NCBI GenBank assembly: GCA_032718475.1
Contig: JAUCBJ010008996.1
Location: forward strand, 33,496-97,495
Origin: Nemertoderma westbladi
Lineage: Eukaryota; Animalia; Xenacoelomorpha
Direction of reading: 5' to 3'
Length of the DNA stretch: 64,000 nt
Below the pieces are notes generated by a model, which made no database searches, was not told the DNA's origin, and saw only the letters and a program-made list of their open reading frames with translations. Below are positions 47,866-56,786 of the stretch, piece after piece (position 1 is the first letter of the stretch; every line of letters starts with the position of its first letter). The position numbers and the translations under genes were made by a program.

Positions 47866-48671
47866 TGGGGCGTTCATACAGTATGTCACGCAAATTTTCC
47901 AGTTTTTTGACCCACCCCCCCCCCCCCCCCTCAGTCACAAAAAAAATTTCGTAAATTTATACCCCCCCCCCCCCTCCCCCCTAGACGAAAAATATTATAT
48001 ATCAAAAATTTAATCAGTTAGAAAGCACAATAGAAAGTGAAACATTTTGACTGAAGTAGTTCTTACTAAAAGCCTATACATACTTTAGCAGCTTCAAACT
48101 ACAGCACTGTACATGTACAAGGCAGACTAGACAGGGGTGTCCTGTTAATGTTAGGGATTAAATTCAATGTTATTGAGTTTATTGTTTTTTCCTGAAAGTT
48201 TCCCACTCATCTACAAATGTGTAACCGTCACAAAAGTCACTCCCCCCCCCCCCCTTGTCACAAAATGTCACGCAAGCTCGACCCCCCCCCCCCCCCTGTC
48301 ACAAAATGTCACGAAGCTCGACCTCGACCCCCCCACCCCCCCCCCCCCCCCCCCCCCCCCCTCCTAGTGCGTGACATACTTTAAGGCCTGTTTACACGTG
48401 ACAACTTTACCAGCAACTTTTTGAGCAACTTGGCTAGTTTGACTGTAAAATAGTGGGTCATTTTATCTACTAGCTAGTTTTTGATAATTTAATTTGATTA
48501 TTCGTCAACGCAAATTCCTTTAAGTTGCCGTAAAAGTTGAGCGACTTTTACGGCAACTTTTGTACGTGTTTACTCGGAGCAACTTGATCGGCAACCTGTG
48601 TTGCTCTACAAGTTGCCTAGAAAGTTGCTCTAAAAGTTGCCACGTGTAAACAGGCCTTAATGAACGCCCCC
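47866..48671. mobile_element. PIF/Harbinger-like MITE with TTA TSD
   Basis: ggggcgttcatacagtatgtcacgc ... gcgtgacatact[insertion]atgaacgcccc, with tta on both sides. Removing it restores gttacatatttggaatccttgca as seen at 631. Confidence 0.85.
48385..48656. mobile_element. MITE nested in the right TIR of the previous element, flanked by TTAA
   Basis: ttaa|ggcctgtttacacgtg ... cacgtgtaaacaggcc|ttaa. Confidence 0.88.
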
Positions 48672-49169
48672 TTACATATTTGGAATCCTTGCATGGCCAG
48701 CTTTCCAACTGTATACCACCAAATCACTTTACCGTTTGAAGAATAACTGTGCTGTAACTGGTGCAATATCAACGGAGATTTTCAAACGTTTGTAGCTAAA
48801 GAATGACAGCGAAAATTAAAAATTCCTTCTCACCACGGAGGAGGAGGGAGATGAAACTATCTCTGTTTCAAATTTCATGAAATCTCATTACGATTTGTAG
48901 AAAAATGGGTTGGGGGGGGGGGTCCAGATACCTGAATAACGACACTATATTTCAGGACATGGTGTAACAGATTACAAATAAACCAGGCAAACCACTTAAT
49001 ATTTCGGGATTTATTATTACCATGACGGCAGTAATAAATATATTCTAGAACGGCTCTGCCTATACCGTACGTAGACGATTTTTTCCCATCGTTTTGTCAG
49101 CCACAAAGTTAGTTTACCTTGTAAACGGTTGCCTTACAGTAATTAAATGCTGTACAGTACATAACTACA

Positions 49170-49850
49170 ATGATTTATCTGGATGTAATTATTGTAATCT
49201 TAATTAACTATGGATTTTCCACAGTTCGCGGACTCATCTGTCCAAAAGACTCATTCAGGTGCCGAATACAACTCGATTCTATTCCCTTAAACATAATTAA
49301 TTACAACGAGGGAATCAAACAATGTTTGAATGTTCACAACTTTAATGAAAGGATCTGTGAGACAGAAAGTTATTGTGTGTTTAACTTCACAGTAGCATCG
49401 GGTACACCACCACATCTAAGCACAGGCGCAACGCATGGAAATGTTTATACGATAACTCCTATGTTGCGTTTTTATTGCGACCAAAATAACATCTGCGACG
49501 ATGTGTCGTCCGTTGGAGTAATCGGAGGCCGCGATGAAGTAGATGCGATTTCGTTTACAGTGTGTAACCATGGCACCCACGGGTCTGCAACTGATGTAAG
49601 GGCTGCTGTGCGCGGGTTTACTGAAGTATTGGAACTCACTACCGTCTGTCCGGTTACCGACAATATGACGAGCTGGTGCAACGCCCCGGTTGCTGGCAGA
49701 CAGACCTGCAACTCCAGCTGGGGGTGTTTGTGGGGTCCTGGACGGGCTTCACATTGCGCCAGCCAATCAGAGTGCCCGATGGGCCCACTTACCGTCCCCT
49801 CTTCTAATGTATTCTGCGGTGTGCCAAGAACCTGCAATACCGGTAATTAA
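49170..49850 (+). CDS. Unknown cysteine-rich (16 Cys), probably secreted protein nested in zinc-finger intron 3
   Basis: 226-aa non-repetitive ORF in AT-rich flanks, with an even Cys count and N-glycosylation sequons (NFT, NMT, NSS). It has a hydrophobic N-terminus, or an alternative acceptor ttttccacag| at 49224. Confidence 0.6.
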   Translation: MIYLDVIIVILINYGFSTVRGLICPKDSFRCRIQLDSIPLNIINYNEGIKQCLNVHNFNERICETESYCVFNFTVASGTPPHLSTGATHGNVYTITPMLRFYCDQNNICDDVSSVGVIGGRDEVDAISFTVCNHGTHGSATDVRAAVRGFTEVLELTTVCPVTDNMTSWCNAPVAGRQTCNSSWGCLWGPGRASHCASQSECPMGPLTVPSSNVFCGVPRTCNTGN

Positions 49851-50484
49851 CAAAAAAGCTGCCATCTAACGAACTGCTTTTAATTAAGTAAATTCGATTT
49901 ATTATCTTCGATTGACGTAGAGTTTTGGTATTTTTTATTAACGTGCAATATAAGATAATTCAGGAATGATATAAAGTATTTAACGACCGTAAACTTTGGC
50001 GTTTTCAATTTCTTCCGTTCTACGTTACTACTGTGTTTTGTGCACACTCCCCTCAATTTTTTAAACTAGCTAGTTTTTGTTACTTTTTTTTAATGTTCTA
50101 GAGCATATTATCCTTTAATTTAATATAAACATTTTGTTCTAAAACAAATATTTTTTGTTCTAGAACAAAAAAAAACAAACAACTAGCTAATTTGTTAATT
50201 TTGTTAAATTTTTATTGTATGTTATCTTAGAAGGGTTTTATAATAAAAGTCTTTATTATTATTTTATCATTTGAAGACGTCAGAGGTATTCTATCATGAG
50301 TTACATTAAAGCAAAACTAAATTACAAGAAACCGGTAAACTACATAATATTGTACAAAGTTCGTATATAGAGGAGCTAAAATTCGTAAAACATCAAATTC
50401 TCTCTCAGAGTAAGAAATACTCTAATACGAACAGACGGTCAATCATCCATCTAATGTTATAAAAGTAATCTCAAGTCTCCAAGG

Positions 50485-50673
50485 TTACAGTTTTGTACTA
50501 TCGAGTGTGCTATGCCTCGTCATTTCCGAATTGTAATTGACAGTTCTTTGATTGATAAAAGCCAAGCGCTGTTGGTTACCCCGGCAACAAACGCGACGAA
50601 AGTCCCGACGAAATTGTTGTGACATAATATTATATAATATTGGGTTCACTGCTGAGTTGAGATAAATTAACAC
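50485..50673 (-). pseudogene. Orphan terminal exon of a class A peptide GPCR (TM7, helix 8 and C-tail; TRH/ETH-receptor-like wording)
   Basis: [30 protein letters not shown] contains NPxxY, helix-8 FR..F and CC. It is preceded by ttctcatag. No TM1-6 exons were recognised in the window. Confidence 0.8.
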
Positions 50674-50691
50674 CTATGAGAATTCCTGGAT

Positions 50692-53600
50692 TCAGAGTAG
50701 GAATACCTCATCAAGGCCCGCCTGGTGGGGGGTGGTACCTAGGACAGATGTCGCATTCCCTCTGACCACTGCAATTGAGAGCCGCTGGAAAAGGAATTCT
50801 GTGGACCTAGGTTCACCTGTTTCCTTGGCGATTCTCCGCCCTATCTCCCGCAGTACTGCGGTGCCTTCTGCACCGATTGGGCCTAAGGTCTCTAAGGCAA
50901 TAGTGCGGAATAAGTGGTGGTGCTGGAGCGCAGCATACTTATTTCCTTTACTGGTCTCTGCCATTAAAGCGGCTGCACCTGCAGATTTACTTGTCTCGGG
51001 TAGATAGGAAGGAGCGAGGGTGTCCCTGCAAGTAAAGTCCCAAACGAGTGGGCGGCCTGAGGACCAAGGGGCAAAGGTCAAACCGTCTGGTTTCTTGCCG
51101 TCTTGTGAAAGTCCTCGAGGCTCCAAGGTGGAGGCAATGCCGGCTGATGAGAGTGCACGGTGAATGATGTCATTGGCCTCTGCATGACGGGTGTATTTCC
51201 CATAATTGTGTAAGCAGCTGAGGCCATGACTTCCACTCGTGTCGACTTCCAACCCGCAACCCCTGCAGGAATGCTCCTCGCAAATAGGTGTACCCAAGCG
51301 GAGAGCTGCTCCCACCCGCAGCTGCTCATCACTGAGGCGAAGGCCTAGGGATGATACCGGCAGTGCCCTTAGCCAGTCCCCGGCGTGGTCTGCGGCGGCA
51401 GCTAGGAGACGAGCCTTCTCTTTTGCTGATGAGGCTTTGGTGATCAGTTCATCCTGTCGTGATGAGCACAGCGGGGCATCCCATCCTTTCTGAATGGCTT
51501 GATTGATTGGTTCAGGAAAATCGGTAGGTAGTAGTTGCTTCGCAGCTATTAGGAGTGGGTTGGGGATGCTGGAAATGGAACTGGGTAGTAGGGTGTTAAG
51601 CAGTGGGATGCACCCATGGCTGGAAGCCAGGAAAGCTGGTAAAGCTACGTCGGATGTGCTTCTAACCCCCAGTCCGCCCAAAGATATTGGAAGGGAAGCC
51701 TGGGCCCAAGCATCGCCCCCAATCCTAGTGTTGAGCACAATTTGGCAGCACTGCCGAATCTTATCATCTAGAGACTTCAATCGAGGCGATCCAAAGGCGG
51801 GTGAACACCGCAGCACATACATCAACTTCGGAATGGCAAAGCAATGTCTGAGTAGGTATAGGGCGTCATGCGCCGATAGAAGGTGGAGGCGGTCGGCGAA
51901 CCTAGAGAGGTCTGATTCCTTCTCTTCAAGGATCTTCTCCATGGCTGAATCTCCTAGGGGTGATCCAAGCAACAGCGCATCAGAAAAATCGATTGGTTTA
52001 ATGCTTGGTGTGATGGCATCAAACAGAGCTGTTGTCTCTTCTTTCAGTTCTAAGGGAAAGTGCTTGCCAAAGATTAACTCACACTTGGATGCCTTGACCA
52101 TAAGCCCTAGCTTTGCTGCCTCGGCTATGACCCTCTTCAGGTCAGAAGCAACAACAGATGGTGTTCCACCCAAGGAACCGTCATCCAGGAACCACACGTT
52201 GAGAGGAGATTCCATGCTATCGACAAGTTCAATTGTGTCGTTGCTGAAGAATAGAGAGGCTAGTGGGTCTCCCTGTTGCATACCATCGTCAGAGGCAATT
52301 GTTGTCCCATTGTAGAATAGGAGAGAGGGTTGCGAATATGACTGATATGCCAGGTTGTATAGTGGTGGGAGGTTCTTTAGCACTGCCCTCAAGGCTGGTC
52401 CACGGTGAATACTGTTGAAGGCATTTGAGAAATCAATTTTGATCATGACTGTCTCTCTCTCTATTGACTCACTGAGGAAACGCCTGGCTGCATGTACTGC
52501 TGCTTCTGCACCCCGGGGGGTCCCGAACCCTAGCTGATGGGGTCCTAGCTTTAAACCGGAATGCTTTGCCGCTGAATGGCAGCCTGTTTTGGCGGTAAGT
52601 CGACGCAGAGTGCACCCCACGGCTATGGGGCGAACTCCACCTGCTGGTTTAGTGAAAGCACAAAGCCTGGCGCCATAGAGGTAAGGGAGAACTTCCTGGG
52701 GCACTCCTCCCTTTAGCATGATATTAGCTACCGATGTCATAGCCTTGAGGGAAGCCAGGGCAGCATCCCCCGCTGATGATGAGATCATGTCCTTGAGGAA
52801 CTGAGGACGGCAGTTGTCGGGACCTGGTGCCGAGCCATTGGGGAATAGCTTGATTGATTTTAGAACCTCTGGGTAAGATAGCTCGAGGGTCGGGACATCT
52901 GCTTCCTCTAATGACGGTACTCCGTGGAAGTCATCTGATGGGCGTGTAGGATGAAGGAGTCGGAGGGCTTCAAGGGTCTCTGAGGTGGCTGGGGCTATAG
53001 TGGCTGATGAGGATGCTAGTCGTGCAGCTGCTTTCACATTTCCTTCTTCTATCTTAGAGGCTATCAATTTCCCTAGCATGTCATCCGAGGATTGTTGAGT
53101 CTTGGGCTTCAGATGGGATGGAAGGCTAGTCGTAGGCAGTACTAGTAATTCTTTGGTGTTCTTGACCATCTCTTCAAATTCCAACAGTTGGTCCTTTACC
53201 TTGGCTGTGAGTGATTTGCAGGCTGGACCGATAGCCCTCCGGCCACGTCTGGACCTTGATCCCTGGGAGGGTACTCTGAGAGAGAATGGAAAGGCCAGCA
53301 GGTTTAACCAGTTTGACTGACTGTTGTTGAGGACGATGGCATCACAGAGACTACTGTAAAGTGTGGCTGCTTTTAGTCTTGCACCCCTGGGGATACGAGT
53401 CAGGGTTCTGATCCTAGTGAGGGTTTCGAATGCACTGCTAAGTGAATCTGATATGGCGCTCTGGCTGGCTACCACAGGAGCAGGGGATGGAGTGTCATTG
53501 GTAAACGGTTGGGACAGTAGTCCGGGTGACCCTTGAGACATGGCTGGCTGATTACAGTGTAAGTCGGGTGGAATTGCAGCTTCAGCAGGAGCGGAGGAAC

Positions 53601-54681
53601 CGGTGGCTGGAAATGTAATGATGGAACCTGACCCAGGACAAGAGGTGCCTTCAGTGGATCTGTGTTTGCGCAGCCCTCCCTTGGGGTTGACACAGCATAA
53701 TTTAGAGCAGGTGGTGCATGGGAACTTGAGGGACAGTCCTCCACTGGTAACGGTGGGAGGTTGTCCCGGCTCTAGCGGTGCAATTGATGGAGTATGGGTA
53801 AATAAGGGTGGATGAGAGTTCGGGACCAGAGTGGGGTCTCCAATTTGATTGTTATCCTGGGAGGATTCGGCTGATTGGATTGGAGGTTGTTTCGGCTCTA
53901 GCGGTGAGATTGATTGTGTATGGTTAAGCACGGGTGGGTGAGAATTCGGAAACGGGGTGGGATCTCCAATTGGAGGTGGTGTAGGTGTCGATGCCTTCTG
54001 TTGATTGGCTGACCAAACTAGAGGGGCATTTCTGGAAATATCAGAATACAGATCACTACGATGCTTGGAAATGGTAATATCATTGATATCCTCAAAATCC
54101 GATCGTGAGTAACCTTCAATACACCACTTTGCATACCTACAGATATATACCCCACATTGATAGGTGTTGTATTGAACCTTTTGAATGGAGGGATAAACGG
54201 TAATTGGGGGGAGGTCCACATTGTAATGAATGGCAACAAGATGCACCCATTCTTTGATAGAATCAACAACTGTTTGGTTAGAGCCCCCCAGTGAGTCGAA
54301 AACCCAAATTGCTGACTTTAAAGGGGAGTAAACAGCAAGGGTCCAGTGGCAATTGTTTACATTTATAGGGAAAAATATGAAATCGTTATCAAAAACTGGC
54401 ACTGAAGGGCCCTTGCTCAGACTCTGTATGTTCTTAAAGCCGCCTTCTTGAAAGATGTCAACGAAATGAGAGTTAAAAACTCTTGCATGGCCGTTGTAGC
54501 CTAAACACAAGCTGGATATAACTGCTTCAACAATGTTATCTGTCAACCAGTTTTGCCCATTTAACGATTCTATATCGTGCCTCGAGAGAGGCAGACCTCC
54601 AAATTCGTACATGTCTTCAGATTCGGGAGGTGGGTCTGCTAGAAGCTCACTATCAGTGAGACTAATGCAGGGTATTTCCAT
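50692..54681 (-). CDS. Non-LTR retrotransposon ORF: Ulp1/C48 protease, Zn motif, RT, CCHC and restriction-like endonuclease (CRE-like)
   Basis: Protease WLTDNIV, HWTLAV, FDSLG, QYNTYQCGVY. RT PGPD, RPIAVG, QLGFG, IDFSNAFNS, GMQQGDPL, WFLDDG, GGLG. CRGC-x8-H-x3-C, RH, KPDG...WD...K..KY. Uninterrupted 1329 aa. Confidence 0.93.
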   Translation of the reverse strand: MEIPCISLTDSELLADPPPESEDMYEFGGLPLSRHDIESLNGQNWLTDNIVEAVISSLCLGYNGHARVFNSHFVDIFQEGGFKNIQSLSKGPSVPVFDNDFIFFPINVNNCHWTLAVYSPLKSAIWVFDSLGGSNQTVVDSIKEWVHLVAIHYNVDLPPITVYPSIQKVQYNTYQCGVYICRYAKWCIEGYSRSDFEDINDITISKHRSDLYSDISRNAPLVWSANQQKASTPTPPPIGDPTPFPNSHPPVLNHTQSISPLEPKQPPIQSAESSQDNNQIGDPTLVPNSHPPLFTHTPSIAPLEPGQPPTVTSGGLSLKFPCTTCSKLCCVNPKGGLRKHRSTEGTSCPGSGSIITFPATGSSAPAEAAIPPDLHCNQPAMSQGSPGLLSQPFTNDTPSPAPVVASQSAISDSLSSAFETLTRIRTLTRIPRGARLKAATLYSSLCDAIVLNNSQSNWLNLLAFPFSLRVPSQGSRSRRGRRAIGPACKSLTAKVKDQLLEFEEMVKNTKELLVLPTTSLPSHLKPKTQQSSDDMLGKLIASKIEEGNVKAAARLASSSATIAPATSETLEALRLLHPTRPSDDFHGVPSLEEADVPTLELSYPEVLKSIKLFPNGSAPGPDNCRPQFLKDMISSSAGDAALASLKAMTSVANIMLKGGVPQEVLPYLYGARLCAFTKPAGGVRPIAVGCTLRRLTAKTGCHSAAKHSGLKLGPHQLGFGTPRGAEAAVHAARRFLSESIERETVMIKIDFSNAFNSIHRGPALRAVLKNLPPLYNLAYQSYSQPSLLFYNGTTIASDDGMQQGDPLASLFFSNDTIELVDSMESPLNVWFLDDGSLGGTPSVVASDLKRVIAEAAKLGLMVKASKCELIFGKHFPLELKEETTALFDAITPSIKPIDFSDALLLGSPLGDSAMEKILEEKESDLSRFADRLHLLSAHDALYLLRHCFAIPKLMYVLRCSPAFGSPRLKSLDDKIRQCCQIVLNTRIGGDAWAQASLPISLGGLGVRSTSDVALPAFLASSHGCIPLLNTLLPSSISSIPNPLLIAAKQLLPTDFPEPINQAIQKGWDAPLCSSRQDELITKASSAKEKARLLAAAADHAGDWLRALPVSSLGLRLSDEQLRVGAALRLGTPICEEHSCRGCGLEVDTSGSHGLSCLHNYGKYTRHAEANDIIHRALSSAGIASTLEPRGLSQDGKKPDGLTFAPWSSGRPLVWDFTCRDTLAPSYLPETSKSAGAAALMAETSKGNKYAALQHHHLFRTIALETLGPIGAEGTAVLREIGRRIAKETGEPRSTEFLFQRLSIAVVRGNATSVLGTTPHQAGLDEVFLL

Positions 54682-55499
54682 GATTGATCGTTTGAAGGAA
54701 GGATGCCTTTAGTTTGTTTAGCTAGTCGCATTCATTTGGACGTGCAGACGCACCATCACCGCCTACCATCGACAATAAATGGACATGGTTCTGTTTTTAT
54801 ATACAATCTAACTCAAACTACAGTTTAGCTAGTTTTTTTTTATTCCAGCTATCAACGTTTAAAACTGCGTTTAAAACTCTCCATTTTGTTTTTCATTACC
54901 CATAATTAATCAACAAATAAACAAATCAACAAATCGAATCAAATTCTATCATTGTACTATTACTAGCTAGTAAATAATTCAATAATTAATATGATTTAAT
55001 ATTGATATCTCCATATTGTACTCTATTGTACTCATATCATAAAAAAAATGTTCAAATGTTCTATGTTATCTTTGTATCACATATTTAATAAAAATCACTA
55101 GCTACAATGAAAATTTGTACAGTAGTTGTTAGTAATTGTTTTTAACACTAATCAAATAAAATACGCCTCAATAAAAAGTTTTTTTTTATTGTTCTAGAAA
55201 AAAATATTTGTTCTAGAATAGGTATTACTTTTTACAAAAATGAATAGATGACATTTTTAAAAAAAGTAAAAAAGACTAGCTTTGATAACAACAAAAACAG
55301 AATTAATTAATTTTGTTCGAGAACAACAATTATTTGTTCTAGAACAAAATTAGTAAAAAAATGAATAGACAATATGTTCTAGAATATTTTTTATAAAGTA
55401 ACAAAAAGTATCTATTTTAAAAATTTTTGGGCGGGTCTGCCCAAAACACAGTATCCTTCTTCCAATACCACTTATTGTACTACACATAAACACAAATTC

Positions 55500-55980
55500 T
55501 GAAAAATAAATGACTCCTTTCCGCCCACACTTATGAAACTAGCAGCCGAACCAACACATGCGTACTATTTAACCGCAAATTTTGGTATCGCTGTCGCGCT
55601 TCTAGAACATATATATTATATGATAAAGAATAGATTCTTAGAATATGTTCTAGAAGTCCTTGAATAATATTATAAAATTAAAATCTCACCAAACCACGTA
55701 TAGTTTTCGACCCTATTGGCCATTGGGTCTCATTAGCGTGGTGTTGGATTCGAACGTGGGACCTCGAGGTGGAAGCCGAGACATGAAACTCTAGGCCACA
55801 TGTTCTTGAGATATGAGATGTGAATTTCGCTCTGAAAAATGACGCTACTCGTAATTAATTAATTAACGTAACTAATTTGTACACTACCCGGTGAATAATT
55901 ATGCATGTGATAGCATTAGTACAATTGCGCCAATATAAATTATCATTAAAAATTAGGACCCCTAGAATAGTTCCTATAAG
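55500..55980 (-). repeat. Right arm of the diverged long inverted repeat (tRNA-like module 55746-55799)
   Basis: Reverse-complement homolog of 44960-45530. Confidence 0.7.
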
Positions 55981-56786
55981 AAATTTAATTTTCTCAGAAT
56001 GAATATCCGGTAAAAATATATCGTAAGTTGGTACTTTTTTCAATATTGTCAATTGACCGAAATTCAACTATTCTATCTTCAGTTTTTACTAACCACTTTG
56101 CGATTGTATGATTAGCCGATCTACTCAAATTATATACAATATATTGTTTTGATTTCTGGAGTGTCAAATACAATGGAAATATTCACAAAATAATCGAGTG
56201 AGTCACTACGCATTTTTTAGTTTCAATCGCGGTTTTGATAGATTTTCAAATTGCACATACCGCTAAAAATCCACACAAACCTACTAACAGCAAACTACAC
56301 CTTTGTCATCGAATGGTAAATGCTACTGACACATTTTGTCATCCCAAGAATTCAAGAAACCTAAATAGAAAATAAAGGCTTAACACACCTTAATTCCGAT
56401 TCCTAAGATTTTGAATTAGTATACGTTTAAGTTTGCAGTTTGCACCCATATTTAGCACCAATCTAGAAATGTGTACCATCTATGGTAGTATTGAAAATAT
56501 TAATGCTGCATTCTCCATCTCAAAAAAACCTAACGCAAAGTACAGTTGAAGGCCATCATATCTCTCCCATGGTAACAGGTAAAGTTTTCTGAAAATTTAG
56601 GGATTTTTATATTTTGTAATAATTTACCTGTTCCCTTAGATACGAGGGCGACTGTTCATGACAATCAAATGTTGTAATACCAAGCTATGGATCTGTCACT
56701 ATCTCTATATGAGCGAGCAGGGAGTGACACATCTAAATCCAAGTCTTAAAGCAGATAGGCTAATTATTTATTTACATTTACTTTAG

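Larger units (their letters stand above)
50031..55451. mobile_element. TA-flanked (Tc1/mariner-type) TIR element enclosing the non-LTR ORF and GPCR exon
   Basis: ta|ctgtgttttg ... caaaacacag|ta. Imperfect inverted similarity continues about 150 bp or more inward, with repeated gttctagaac. Confidence 0.7.

Noticed and set aside
50732-53815. Plus-strand ORFs opposite the RT, and antisense ORFs within the zinc-finger exons
   Set aside because: Shadow ORFs of real coding sequence.
54682-54800. Spliced-leader RNA target site or TSD for the CRE-like element
   Set aside because: No recognisable SL exon or Sm site, and only short AT-rich chance matches with the 3' flank.
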